Below, piece after piece: positions 44,584-53,854 of a stretch of DNA of 64,000 nucleotides. Numbering within the stretch: position 1 is the stretch's first letter; every line of letters begins with the position of its first letter. The notes under the pieces were generated by a model. That model was given only the letters and a program-made list of their open reading frames with translations, did not search any database and was not told the origin of the DNA. The position numbers were made by a program, and so were the translations under genes. This DNA comes from Terriglobales bacterium (lineage in GTDB: Bacteria > Acidobacteriota > Terriglobia > Terriglobales > Acidobacteriaceae), in assembly GCA_035484735.1 (NCBI GenBank), contig DATHOQ010000042.1, positions 22,460 through 86,459 of the forward strand. The letters are read 5' to 3'.

Positions 44584-45432
44584 CTACTGGCGTGCGCCTT
44601 CTTTGGCGGGAAACGCCAGCTTGCGCAGCCTTTCCCGTGCCTGCATGGCCTCATTCGAGTGAGGGTAGCGCTGCGTCACATGTTTCAGCTCGGCGATGCC
44701 GTCTTCCTTCTGCCCAAGTTCGATCAGTGACAAACCTTTCTTCAGATCGGCGGAAGGCGCTTTGTTACCGGTAGGAAAGTTCTGCAGCACCTGATCGTAG
44801 TTCTTGACGGCGTTCTGGAAATTGCCCTGCTTGTAGTTGATCTCCGCCAGATAGAAGTATGCATTGCCAGCCAGATCGGTCGAGGGATAGAACTTGAGGT
44901 AGTCGGAAAATTCCTGTGACGCCAAATCGTTTTTCCCGGCGTTGTAGTCGCGCAACGCGTTGTTGTACAGAACGTCGGGCGGTGGAGCCTGTGCCAGAGC
45001 CTGCTGTTGGGCCTGCTGCGCGGCTTGCGCCGCTGCCTGATTCTGCTGACCTGCCTGGAGGTCATCCAGTTGCTTGCTGACTTTTGCCAGCCGAGCTTTC
45101 AGTTCGTCGACCGAGTCATTTAGCGACTGGATTTGGCCGGACAGTTGTTCCGTCCTGCCGCTCCCATCGGTCTGCACCTTTTCCAAGCTAACTTGCAATG
45201 CAGTGATGGCCGCAGTCACTTTATTCATGCTGTCGGTGTTCTGGTCCATCAGGTTTTTCATGACGCCCATGCGCTCATTGAACGACTGCTGCATTTGCGT
45301 CATCTGGTCTTGCAACGCCTGCACCTGGGTCTGCAATTGAATCATTTCCTTGCTGGCCCCGCCAACCGGCAGGACGCCAAGCGAGAGAACGATAAAAAGG
45401 ACAACAAATACCGAAACCTGCTGTTTTTTCAT
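44584..45432 (-). CDS. ybgF: Tol-Pal system protein YbgF/CpoB
   Basis: ATG 45432 with signal MKKQQVSVFVVLFIVLSLGVLP, a coiled-coil (LQTQVQALQDQMTQMQQ), and C-terminal TPRs (YNNALRDYNAGK, YFYLAEINYKQGNFQNAVKNY). It is the last gene of the tol-pal cluster. Confidence 0.8.
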   Translation of the reverse strand: MKKQQVSVFVVLFIVLSLGVLPVGGASKEMIQLQTQVQALQDQMTQMQQSFNERMGVMKNLMDQNTDSMNKVTAAITALQVSLEKVQTDGSGRTEQLSGQIQSLNDSVDELKARLAKVSKQLDDLQAGQQNQAAAQAAQQAQQQALAQAPPPDVLYNNALRDYNAGKNDLASQEFSDYLKFYPSTDLAGNAYFYLAEINYKQGNFQNAVKNYDQVLQNFPTGNKAPSADLKKGLSLIELGQKEDGIAELKHVTQRYPHSNEAMQARERLRKLAFPAKEGARQ

Positions 45433-45582
45433 GGTTGGTTCCATTTGCCAACGAAGTTCGAATCCCATGTCCAGTTTGAAAAACCGGATCACGAGAGCAC
45501 TATTGTGCAGGATAGCGCGTTCCGGACACAGTTGTTTTACCGGGTCCGACAGTCGTTGCCGTGTAACCAGAACAAATTGTGC

Positions 45583-45604
45583 GCGGGGCAGTTTCCTGCC
45601 CCGC
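45583..45604 (-). terminator. Strong hairpin between pal and ybgF (attenuator/terminator candidate)
   Basis: Minus strand GCGGGGCAG-gaaa-CTGCCCCGC, a perfect 9-bp stem 12 nt after the pal stop, with only a weak T-rich tail. Confidence 0.5.
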
Positions 45605-45615
45605 ACTTGGCAGAA

Positions 45616-46350
45616 TTACTTTTGATAGACGAAATGACCACGCCGGTTCTGCTGCCAGCAAGCCTCGTTGGATTCGGTGCAGAACGGTTTTTCCTTGCCG
45701 TAGCTGATCGTCTTGATGTTGCCGGCGCTAATGCCGCCGCGTGTCAAGGCGTTCTTTACGGCATTGGCACGATTGTCGCCCAGGCCCAGGTTGTATTCGG
45801 TCGAACCGCGTTCGTCGCAGTGTCCCTCCACCGTGAAGTGGATATCGGGATGCTGCTTCAGGAAATCAATATCTCCCTGGAGCGCAGTTTGCTGGTCGGC
45901 ACGAATGTCGCCTTTGTCATAGTCGAAGTAAATGTCCTGCACATTTTGTGCGAACAGTTCTTCTTCCGTGGGCCCAGCCACTGGTGCTGGAGGCGGAGGC
46001 GGCACGGTCACGGTAACGCGCGCAGTAGCGGTTTGACTTCCGCCTGCGCCCTTTGCCGTCAACGTATAGGTGGTGGAATCGGCTGGAGTCACTTGCTGAG
46101 AGCCAGTGGGCTGCACAGCCCCGATGCCATTGATGCTTACATCGGTGGCATTGCTGGTCTCCCAGGAAAGGGTCGTGGACTGACCGGTCTGAATTGAGTT
46201 TGGATTTGCGGACAACGAAGCCGTTGGCGCTGCCGGTGGTGGTGGCGGCGGTGGCGGCGGCGGTGGGGTTTTCTTGTGGCAGGCGCCCAGGAACAGCACG
46301 GCACCCAACGTGAATATGAGTGTGATCCACTTCAATCGTTGCTGCTTCAC
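45616..46350 (-). CDS. pal: Peptidoglycan-associated lipoprotein Pal (OmpA-like) with poly-Pro linker and inserted Ig-like module
   Basis: Lipobox LFLGAC, P11 tract, then about 90 aa of beta-rich sequence (LSANPNSIQTGQSTTLSWETSNATDVSINGIG...YTLTAKG). The OmpA_C region follows: FDYDKGDIR...VEGHCDERGSTEYNLGLGDNRANAV. Confidence 0.85.
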   Translation of the reverse strand: MKQQRLKWITLIFTLGAVLFLGACHKKTPPPPPPPPPPPAAPTASLSANPNSIQTGQSTTLSWETSNATDVSINGIGAVQPTGSQQVTPADSTTYTLTAKGAGGSQTATARVTVTVPPPPPAPVAGPTEEELFAQNVQDIYFDYDKGDIRADQQTALQGDIDFLKQHPDIHFTVEGHCDERGSTEYNLGLGDNRANAVKNALTRGGISAGNIKTISYGKEKPFCTESNEACWQQNRRGHFVYQK

Positions 46351-46475
46351 TTTTCCTCCCTGCGTTGTCGCGCTAGTGGCGCGCGTTGAATCCGAGCTGG
46401 CGGACGAGCCGCCTCCCCTTTGGTTCCCATTACAGAAAACAGCGCTAAAACTAAGAATCCTATACTACTAATCTA

Positions 46476-47828
46476 CTACTTCCAGCTCCAATTCGGTTGC
46501 GTATTGCTGCCCGTGGTAGTTAATTGCTTTTGATTACTTCCATCCGCCAGCATGCTCCAGATTTGCTCGCCGCCGGAACGGCTCGACTGGAAAACTATAT
46601 GCCGCCCGTCCGGCGACCATGACGGAAAGTCATTGCGGCCGCCGTCGTGAGTCAACTGCACCCACTGCTTGCTGGCGATATCCATGATGTAAATATCCTG
46701 CGCTCCCGGTGCGCCCGGTCCATAGTGGCGAATCCAGGCGAACACCAGAAACTGTCCGTTGGGCGACCACGCCGGAGAGACGGCGTATCCCTGGTCCGTC
46801 ATTTTCTGGACGTTGGTTCCATCGCTTTCCATGGTGTAGATCTGCGGTAGATCAGTGCGGCCGCTGACCCAGGCAATCTGCGCTCCCGTCTTGCGATTCC
46901 ACACCGGCGAAACATCGGGCATTTTGGAAACCGTCAAACGTTTCAGATTTCCGCCCGATTGATCCACCACGTAGATTTCCGGATCACCCCCGCGAGACGA
47001 AGAGAACGCCAATCTGGCTCCGTCCGGCGACCATGCCGGAGAAAGATTGGTGCCGCCAAATCTAGGAAATGAAAGCAGGCGGTTCAGGTCCATCGAATAC
47101 ACGAGGATGTCCCAGCCGGATTTGGTTAGCGAACTGAAAGCCAGGCGCGTGCCATCGGGAGAAATCCGGGGCGACAATGAAATGGTCCCTAGATGCGTAA
47201 TCTGATGCTGATTGGCGCCATCGTAGTCCATCGCCCAAATTTCTTTGTTGCCTCTTCCGCCGCTCCTGACGAAGAACAGCTGGCTCTCAGCGATTCCTGC
47301 GATGCCACCGCCCAAACGAAAAATGATTTCGTCGGCAAACTTATGGGCCGTGCGGCGCGCGGCGTCCGCTGTAGCCGCGTCGGTGTACTGCTTGCCGAGG
47401 ACTTGAGGCGACGTAATGTTCTTCACGTCATAGAGCCAGCCCTGCACTTTCAGATTGTTGCCAGAAGCACCCAGATTCCCGAATGCGAGCATGGCGGCAT
47501 TCGGCGGAGGCGAATTCCACGCATCGAAGCGTACGTCGGGCGGATTCCCCGGCACAGCTAACGGATAGAAACTCTTCGACACCATCTCGAAGATTCCCGC
47601 GCTGTCCAGGTCATTCCACAAAGTATCGTTGAAGACCTTGAGGAGTTCAGGGTTCTGGGGATCCTGCGTGGAAGCGGCGAAATCGGGCGCCGCCAGGCGA
47701 ACTTTCTCCATGCCCAAGCCGGTGCCGGTACGGATCCAGTCCTGCGCGAAAGCCGGAATCGCCAGCAACACGAAGACCGCAAGAAGTACGTACGAGGTCT
47801 TTGATCTACCTGATTGCATGATTCTCAT
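46476..47828 (-). CDS. tolB: Tol-Pal system beta-propeller protein TolB
   Basis: A signal peptide and repeated PAWSPDG..LAF/VF WD40-like blades. It lies between the tolA-like gene and pal. Confidence 0.9.
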   Translation of the reverse strand: MRIMQSGRSKTSYVLLAVFVLLAIPAFAQDWIRTGTGLGMEKVRLAAPDFAASTQDPQNPELLKVFNDTLWNDLDSAGIFEMVSKSFYPLAVPGNPPDVRFDAWNSPPPNAAMLAFGNLGASGNNLKVQGWLYDVKNITSPQVLGKQYTDAATADAARRTAHKFADEIIFRLGGGIAGIAESQLFFVRSGGRGNKEIWAMDYDGANQHQITHLGTISLSPRISPDGTRLAFSSLTKSGWDILVYSMDLNRLLSFPRFGGTNLSPAWSPDGARLAFSSSRGGDPEIYVVDQSGGNLKRLTVSKMPDVSPVWNRKTGAQIAWVSGRTDLPQIYTMESDGTNVQKMTDQGYAVSPAWSPNGQFLVFAWIRHYGPGAPGAQDIYIMDIASKQWVQLTHDGGRNDFPSWSPDGRHIVFQSSRSGGEQIWSMLADGSNQKQLTTTGSNTQPNWSWK

Positions 47829-47864
47829 GTGTTAAACCCAGAGCTAATAGCCAAGTGCCAAAAG

Positions 47865-48647
47865 CTATCTTTTGTAATCAAACCAGAATTCTACCGAAAC
47901 CTTGTTGCCGGGATAATCCGAGGGCAAAGGGCCGAACGTATCAATACGCTGCAAAGCCCGCACCGCAGATTGATCGAGCGACGGCACACCGCTCGATTGC
48001 TCCACGACTTCGTTACTGGGCCGGCCGTCGCGGGTGATGTCAAACGTAAGATAAACCCTGCGCGCTTCGGTCACTCCGGGATCCACTTCGTACTTCAGCC
48101 AATTCTCCGAAACCTTTTGTTGCACAACCCGCACGTACCAAGCGAAGCGAGTGCCGAAATCTCCTCCGCCGCCGGTGAAGCCGAATCCGCCTTTCGCCCC
48201 ACCAGCGCTGAAGATTCCGTAGGGCCCGCTGACCGGTCCGCCCTCTCCGAAAGGGACCACGTTACTCGCTTCTTCCTCTGGTTCCGGTTGTGGCTTGCGG
48301 CGGGTCGAACTCGTCTTAGGCTTTATCTTGGTCGTCTTGTCCGGAATTGGAATTGCCTCTGGCTCTTTTTCCTCGGCCTTTGGCAGCGACTGCGTGATTC
48401 CCTTCGAGTCATTTGCCAGCACGTTTTGCGTCTCGGTCGGATTGGCGGGCAGTGGAACGGTGTTGACCAGCGTCACCCCCATTGCTTCCCCAGTCCCGCC
48501 GATTCCCCAGGTTTCGCGACGCCCGCCGGTGACTACAGCGGCATACAGCACGATGCAGCCCGCCACCGCGAGATGCAGTCCCACCGACCAGGCCACGTTG
48601 TGGCCCCAGCGGTCGTGTTCAAAGAAAATCTCAGTGTTGGGTTCCAT
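47865..48647 (-). CDS. tolA: TonB/TolA-family energy transducer
   Basis: N-terminal TM (VGLHLAVAGCIVLYAAVV), a Pro/Lys/Glu-rich linker, and a C-terminal TonB_C-like fold (VYLTFDITRDGRPSNEVVEQSSGVPSLDQSAVRAL). The position after tolR supports this call. Confidence 0.7.
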   Translation of the reverse strand: MEPNTEIFFEHDRWGHNVAWSVGLHLAVAGCIVLYAAVVTGGRRETWGIGGTGEAMGVTLVNTVPLPANPTETQNVLANDSKGITQSLPKAEEKEPEAIPIPDKTTKIKPKTSSTRRKPQPEPEEEASNVVPFGEGGPVSGPYGIFSAGGAKGGFGFTGGGGDFGTRFAWYVRVVQQKVSENWLKYEVDPGVTEARRVYLTFDITRDGRPSNEVVEQSSGVPSLDQSAVRALQRIDTFGPLPSDYPGNKVSVEFWFDYKR

Positions 48648-49059
48648 TGCTTGCCAGTGGCTGGGTCACAATGCTGACGTTCGTGATTCCTGATTGCTTT
48701 ACTGCATCCATCACTGTGGCGAAGACGCCAAACGGCACGTCTTGGTCGGCGCGGATAAAGATTGGTTGATGCTGCGGATCGCGAATCTTGGCCCGCAGTT
48801 GGGTTGCAATTTCATTGATGTTAATCGGGCTGTTGCCCAGGAAGACGCGCTGCTGCTTGTCGATGCTGAGGACAAGCCGTTCCTCGGTAATTTCTTTCAC
48901 CGTGCGGGTCTTGGGGACATTGACCTCAATTCCAGATTGCAGAACCGGCGCCGTGATCATGAAGATGATCAGCAGCACCAGTACCACGTCTACCAGCGGC
49001 GTAATGTTGATTTCAGAGAGCGAAGTCTGAGTGCGTCCGTTGGCGGCGGTGAAGGCCAT
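48631..49059 (-). CDS. tolR: ExbD/TolR biopolymer transport protein
   Basis: Internal Met at 49059 (TAATG overlap with the tolQ stop). Motif SEINITPLVDVVLVLLIIFMITAP. The track ORF extends upstream in a non-coding overlap. Confidence 0.85.
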   Translation of the reverse strand: MAFTAANGRTQTSLSEINITPLVDVVLVLLIIFMITAPVLQSGIEVNVPKTRTVKEITEERLVLSIDKQQRVFLGNSPININEIATQLRAKIRDPQHQPIFIRADQDVPFGVFATVMDAVKQSGITNVSIVTQPLASNGTQH

Positions 49060-49763
49060 TACCTGCGTACCTCGACGGATTGCTGGGGGCGCTCGATGGC
49101 ATTCAGCATTTCGAGCGAGAAATCGTCTCCGCGCGCGGCGAATACCCGAATCGAGCTGCCGATTAAGTTGTAAGCAATCACCGCGGGAATGGCCGCAACC
49201 AGGCCAGCCGCCGTAGTGATCAGGGCCTCGGAGATTCCTGGCGCGACCGCGCGCAAAGTCGCGGCTCCGGCTGTGCCCAAACCGTGGAATGCATCGATGA
49301 TTCCCCACACGGTTCCGAACAAGCCGATAAAAGGCGTTACCGCACCCGTGATCGCAAGCCACGGCAGGTTGCGTTCGAAGCGAGTTAGTTCTTCCGAAGC
49401 AGCGATTTGCATGGCGCGTTGTACGGCTACAGGATTCTTGACAACGCCGCCGGAAGTTCCGCCCTGCCGCCGGTATTCCTCGAAGCCGCCGGCAAACACG
49501 GCCACCAGTGGGCTGGGTTTGAATTGCTCGGCTACCGTGGCGACATCTTGCAGCCGCTGGGCTTTACGAAACGCCCGCACAAAGCGCCCGCTCTGTACGC
49601 GTGCCCGCCGCAACAGGCTCCACTTGGAAAGGATGATGGCCCAGGAAATCACGCTAAACAGCAAGAGAAGAAGAATTACAACTTTAGCGACCGGACCGGT
49701 TTGCCCGAGAAGGTCAACGATGTCGCCACCGATCAATGCTGCCAGCAATGAGGAGAAATGCAT
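49059..49763 (-). CDS. tolQ: MotA/TolQ/ExbB proton-channel protein
   Basis: A 234-aa, three-TM protein with LPWLAITGAVTPFIGLFGTVWGII and ALITTAAGLVAAIPAV. Confidence 0.88.
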   Translation of the reverse strand: MHFSSLLAALIGGDIVDLLGQTGPVAKVVILLLLLFSVISWAIILSKWSLLRRARVQSGRFVRAFRKAQRLQDVATVAEQFKPSPLVAVFAGGFEEYRRQGGTSGGVVKNPVAVQRAMQIAASEELTRFERNLPWLAITGAVTPFIGLFGTVWGIIDAFHGLGTAGAATLRAVAPGISEALITTAAGLVAAIPAVIAYNLIGSSIRVFAARGDDFSLEMLNAIERPQQSVEVRR

Positions 49764-49975
49764 TTTTTCTTATGAGAAGGGACGCCCCCAATTATAGACG
49801 ATCATTCTTAGTTCTCCGGTTGCTTCGCTGAAGCGTATCTCATGCATTAACGGGTTTTTCCTGTATGTGCTGCCGGATAGAGCGCTGGCGCTTTCTGGGT
49901 TCACCGGCCCGATATAGTCTTGAGGAAAGTGTTTCATGCTATGCTGCGCTCAACTCCTGCATCCTAGGACCAACC

Positions 49976-51670
49976 GTGCTCGCCGAACTGCGGCTCGAAA
50001 ATTACGCCGTGATCGACAATGTGGTGGTGGAGTTCGCCGCCGGCCTCAACCTGCTGACTGGTGAAACCGGAGCAGGAAAATCCATCCTGATTGACGCTCT
50101 CGCGCTTCTTTTGGGCGATAAGGCTTCCACCGACGTAATCCGCACTGGAGCCGAGCGCGCCGTGATCTCGGCAGTATTTGAAATCGATGGCGCAGCGGAG
50201 AAGACCGTCGCCCGCATTCTGGAAACCAACGGGATCGACGCCGATGAAGGCCCGGTCATCTTGCGTCGGGAAATCGCCCTGGGTGGTAAGGGCCGTGTCT
50301 TCGTCAATAATCAACCCGCTACGGTGGGAGTGCTGCGGCAACTGTCGCCCTATCTGGCGACCATCCACGCCCAGAACGAATCGATACATTCCTTCGACGC
50401 CAACGCGCGTTTGGAATTGCTGGACGCGTATGCCGGGACTCAGTTGTCATCGACGGCGGAAGCATTTACTCGCTGGAAGGGCATCGTCAATCGAATTGAC
50501 GAACTCGAACACGGCGAGCAAGACCGCCTGCGGTTGCTGGATCTCTGGACGTTCCAGAAACGCGAGATCGACGAAGCCAAACTGCACCCCGGCGAAGACG
50601 AACGGCTGGAAGGCGAGAAACGTGTGCTGGCCAACGCGGAAAAGATTTACAGCGCGGCCATGAACGCTTTCGACTTGCTTTACGAAGGGCCCGCGTCAAC
50701 CTCGTCTTCTCTGCGCACCGCGCAGAAGCACATCGAAGAACTGTCGCGCTACGAGCCGAAATTCCGCGAAGCCTTGGCGGCGATTGAGACGGCACGCATC
50801 AGTGTTGAAGATGTTGGCGCGACGCTGCGCGATTATGCCGGAGGCATTCAAGCTTCGCCCGAACGCCTGGCGGAGATCGAAGACCGGCTGGCGCTGCTCG
50901 ATCGGCTCAAGCGCAAATACGGACCTGCGCTCGACGACGTGATTCGAAACGGCGAGGAAGTCAGCCGCAAACTCTCCGAGATGGAGAACAAAGATGAAAT
51001 CCTGGGCCAGCTTCGTGGTGAGCTGAAGCATGCTGTGCAGGAATATCTTGCGGCGGCGCGGGAGATTTCTAGGAAACGCTATGACGCAGCCCGCAAGCTG
51101 GAGAAGTTGGTCGAAAGTGAAATCAACGATCTGGCGATGAAATCCACCTTCCAGATAGAAGTCAGCGGAGCAGACGAGGAAGGGAACTGGACGGCTTCAG
51201 GTTTCGATCAAGTCTTGTATTTAATCACGACCAATCCCGGTGAACCGATGCGGCCACTGGAGCAGATTGCCTCCGGCGGCGAGTTGTCTCGGGTGATGCT
51301 GGCGTTGAAAGCAAGCGTCGAGGCTGGATCGGCCGGTAAGAAGGCGAAGCCGGCTGCCCAAAGAACGATGGTTTTCGACGAGATCGATACGGGCATCGGC
51401 GGACGTGCCGCGGAAGCTGTCGGCAAGAAGCTGAAGACTTTGTCGAGGGCGAATCAAGTTCTCTGCGTGACTCACCTGCCGCAGATCGCGACCTTTGCAG
51501 ACCATCATTACGTGATTGAGAAGCGCGTCTCCGGTGAACGGACCAAGACCACAGTCCGTCTGATTACCGGAGATGAACGTACTGAGGAAGTGGCCCGCAT
51601 GCTGAGCGGCGCCAAGCTGACGGAAACTTCGCGCAAGCATGCTGAGCAGATGCTAAAGGCGAATGGGTAA
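49976..51670 (+). CDS. recN: DNA repair protein RecN
   Basis: GTG 49976 gives (M)LAELRLENYAVIDN...LNLLTGETGAGKSI (Walker A). A long coiled-coil and the C-terminal SGGELSRVMLALK...MVFDEIDTGIGG follow. The track ORF's 5' extension is unlikely to be coding. Confidence 0.9.
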   Translation: MLAELRLENYAVIDNVVVEFAAGLNLLTGETGAGKSILIDALALLLGDKASTDVIRTGAERAVISAVFEIDGAAEKTVARILETNGIDADEGPVILRREIALGGKGRVFVNNQPATVGVLRQLSPYLATIHAQNESIHSFDANARLELLDAYAGTQLSSTAEAFTRWKGIVNRIDELEHGEQDRLRLLDLWTFQKREIDEAKLHPGEDERLEGEKRVLANAEKIYSAAMNAFDLLYEGPASTSSSLRTAQKHIEELSRYEPKFREALAAIETARISVEDVGATLRDYAGGIQASPERLAEIEDRLALLDRLKRKYGPALDDVIRNGEEVSRKLSEMENKDEILGQLRGELKHAVQEYLAAAREISRKRYDAARKLEKLVESEINDLAMKSTFQIEVSGADEEGNWTASGFDQVLYLITTNPGEPMRPLEQIASGGELSRVMLALKASVEAGSAGKKAKPAAQRTMVFDEIDTGIGGRAAEAVGKKLKTLSRANQVLCVTHLPQIATFADHHYVIEKRVSGERTKTTVRLITGDERTEEVARMLSGAKLTETSRKHAEQMLKANG

Positions 51671-51702
51671 GGCCGATGCTGACTGAAGGGGGACGCTCGT
51701 GT

Positions 51703-51993
51703 CTACGGGGACGGTTGTTGCTCAACAACGTGAGGGAACGGCCGCACTATCGGCTGCCTGTTCTTGCTAGCCCGCCAGAGATCGTACTGGGCCTGCATGT
51801 TCATCCAGAGGTCTGGAGAAGTCCCCAAAGCGGCCGCCAGCCGAAGAGCCATGTTCGCAGAGATTCCGGACTTGCCATTGAGCACTCGTGACAGGGTCAC
51901 GCGGGTGACACGCAGATGCTCTGCCGCCGCGGACACGGCCATGCCTCCGAGGTATTCTCGAAGTACCAAGCCTGGCACGGGTGGTTTGTGCAT
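51703..51993 (-). CDS. higA: HigA-family antitoxin (XRE-type HTH), no adjacent HigB
   Basis: MHKPPVPGLVLREYL...AEHLRVTRVTLSRVLNGKSGISANMALRLAAALGTSPDLWMNMQAQYDL matches the HigA pattern. Only about 80 nt of non-coding sequence lies upstream. Confidence 0.75.
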   Translation of the reverse strand: MHKPPVPGLVLREYLGGMAVSAAAEHLRVTRVTLSRVLNGKSGISANMALRLAAALGTSPDLWMNMQAQYDLWRASKNRQPIVRPFPHVVEQQPSP

Positions 51994-52076
51994 GCGTATA
52001 GTGTAACGATACAAGCTTCATTCGTCGAGAGACTGGATCGAATCCCGTGAAAAGATCGGTATTGCACCCCGAGTTG

Positions 52077-52104
52077 ATATTAGCTAACATAAGTTAGCTA
52101 ATAT
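52077..52104. promoter_or_regulatory. Perfect 12-bp inverted repeat (ATATTAGCTAAC-ataa-GTTAGCTAATAT), candidate TA operator
   Basis: Read directly from the sequence. The right arm overlaps the ATG (52103) of the Phd/YefM antitoxin gene. Confidence 0.65.
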
Positions 52105-52333
52105 GACGACCATAACAATTCATAAGGCCAAGACCAACCTTTCCCGACTGATTAAGAAGGCCTGCCAAGGGGAAGAAGTTGTCATTGCGCGCGGATCCGA
52201 GCCGGTCGTGCGCCTGGTTCCCATCACCGGCGCACGCGGTGACCGCAAGCCGGGAGCTTTGAAGGGCAAGCTCAAGGTCGGCCCCGAGTTCTTCGAACCT
52301 CTACCGCCGGAAGAACTGAAATTTTGGGAGTGA
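52103..52333 (+). CDS. Phd/YefM-family antitoxin
   Basis: MTTITIHKAKTNLSRLIKKACQGEEVVIARGSEPVVRLVPI is typical of the Phd/YefM N-terminal domain. Confidence 0.8.
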   Translation: MTTITIHKAKTNLSRLIKKACQGEEVVIARGSEPVVRLVPITGARGDRKPGALKGKLKVGPEFFEPLPPEELKFWE

Positions 52334-52339
52334 GTTCCT

Positions 52340-52726
52340 TTGCGCCTCCTGTTGGATACACATGCGCTGCTCTGGTGGTTGAATGACCATAATTTGCTGC
52401 CTGCTACTGCTCGGAAGGTAATTGGGCGGGAGGGCAATGAAGTTTTAGTGAGTGCAGCGTCTGCTTGGGAGATTGCGACGAAGGTCCGTCTGGGGCGGCT
52501 GGAAAGCGGTGCTGACCTAGCCCTAGACTTCACTGGGCACCTAAGCCGCGCGCGTTTCGTAGAACTGCCGGTGTCGGTGGAGCACGCCGTCCGGGCAGGT
52601 CTTCTGCCCGGACCACATAAGGACCCCTTTGATCGCATGCTGATTGCCCAGGCCCAAGCGGAGAATGTTCCCATTGTCAGCAACGATGCCGCGCTCGATG
52701 GGTATGGCGTGCGCCGAGTGTGGTAG
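52340..52726 (+). CDS. vapC: PIN-domain toxin VapC
   Basis: TTG start 6 nt after the antitoxin stop. Motifs LLLDTHALLWWLND, SAASAWEIATK, PFDRMLIAQA and IVSND. Confidence 0.8.
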   Translation: MRLLLDTHALLWWLNDHNLLPATARKVIGREGNEVLVSAASAWEIATKVRLGRLESGADLALDFTGHLSRARFVELPVSVEHAVRAGLLPGPHKDPFDRMLIAQAQAENVPIVSNDAALDGYGVRRVW

Positions 52727-52843
52727 GTTTCCCATTCGCCCTCCGATTTTCCCCAATCGCTGCTAATCCTTGCCTGTCAGTCGCTTACGTTGACCAAGAT
52801 GGTTCTTTCGGGTAAGCTTTAGCAATACAAACATAGTGGGAAA

Positions 52844-53845
52844 GTGTACCCTTACAGGAACTTAATCGTGCCTAATCAAGACGGCAAAACGCTGCTTTTA
52901 TTGAAGCCCCGGGGGTTCTGCGCCGGGGTGGTTCGAGCCATTGATATCGTCCGCATTGCCTTGGAAGCCTTTGGACCGCCGATTTACGTGCGCAAAGAGA
53001 TCGTCCACAACCGCTTCGTGGTGGAAGAGCTCCAGGCCAAGGGTGCCATCTTTGTGGACAGCGTGGACGAAGTTCCGAACGGCGAGCGCGTGATTTATAG
53101 CGCCCATGGGGTCTCGCCCGAAGTGCGTGAAGCGAGCCAGACCCGCGGGCTGCGTGTGATCGACGCCACTTGTCCTCTGGTAACCAAGGTCCACGTGGAA
53201 GCGGTGAAGTTCGCCAAGGAGGGATATTCCCTCATCCTGATCGGCCACCGCGATCACGACGAAGTAATTGGCACCTTGGGCGAAGCTCCTCTAGTCACCC
53301 AAGTCGTGGGATCGCCCGAGGAAGTCGAGTCGCTGACTCTGCCCGACCCCAACCGCGTGGCGTATCTTACCCAGACCACTCTGAGTCTCGACGAGACCAA
53401 AGACATCATTGCCGCACTGCGCCGCAAGTTCCCGCACATTCAGGGTCCGCACGCGCAGGACATCTGTTATGCCACGGAAAACCGCCAGGTAGCGGTGAAA
53501 CATGTGGCGTCCGATGCTGACCTGCTGCTGGTCGTCGGCTCCGATAATAGTTCTAATTCCAATCGTCTCGTGGAAGTCGCGCGTAACTTGGGCACAGGTT
53601 CGCATCTGATCGATAGCTACCGAAACATTCGGCCAGAGTGGTTGGAAGGCGTCAAGACCATTGCTCTGACCGCCGGCGCCTCGGCACCGGAGTGCCTCGT
53701 GGAAGAGGTTGTTAAGTTCCTGGCGACCAAAGGATTCAATAACGTCAATGAAGTGGAAGTAATGCCTGAAAACGTGCGTTTTGGCTTGCCTCCCGAGATT
53801 GTGGAGGCCATAGCCAGCGCCCCTGCGGGAGTAACTGCGGAGTAA
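52844..53845 (+). CDS. ispH: 4-hydroxy-3-methylbut-2-enyl diphosphate reductase
   Basis: Motifs KPRGFCAGVVRAIDIV, SAHGVSP, DATCPLVTKVH, VVGSDNSSNSNRL and GASAPE (three cluster Cys). The exact start (GTG 52844) is uncertain. Confidence 0.88.
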   Translation: MYPYRNLIVPNQDGKTLLLLKPRGFCAGVVRAIDIVRIALEAFGPPIYVRKEIVHNRFVVEELQAKGAIFVDSVDEVPNGERVIYSAHGVSPEVREASQTRGLRVIDATCPLVTKVHVEAVKFAKEGYSLILIGHRDHDEVIGTLGEAPLVTQVVGSPEEVESLTLPDPNRVAYLTQTTLSLDETKDIIAALRRKFPHIQGPHAQDICYATENRQVAVKHVASDADLLLVVGSDNSSNSNRLVEVARNLGTGSHLIDSYRNIRPEWLEGVKTIALTAGASAPECLVEEVVKFLATKGFNNVNEVEVMPENVRFGLPPEIVEAIASAPAGVTAE

Positions 53846-53854
53846 GCAATCTTC

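Noticed and set aside
45453-45466. T-loop-like GTTCGAATCC, hinting at a tRNA
   Set aside because: The flanking bases cannot form a T-stem, and no cloverleaf is possible. It lies in the pal-ybgF spacer.
45133-46197. A 354-aa ORF on the plus strand spanning ybgF and pal
   Set aside because: It is antisense to two well-supported tol-pal genes and crosses their intergenic hairpin. It has no recognisable domains.
51994-52090. Remnant of a higB toxin upstream of higA (including the 107-aa ORF 51767-52090)
   Set aside because: The three minus-strand frames give no convincing RelE/HigB-like sequence. The 107-aa ORF is an out-of-frame overlap of higA itself.
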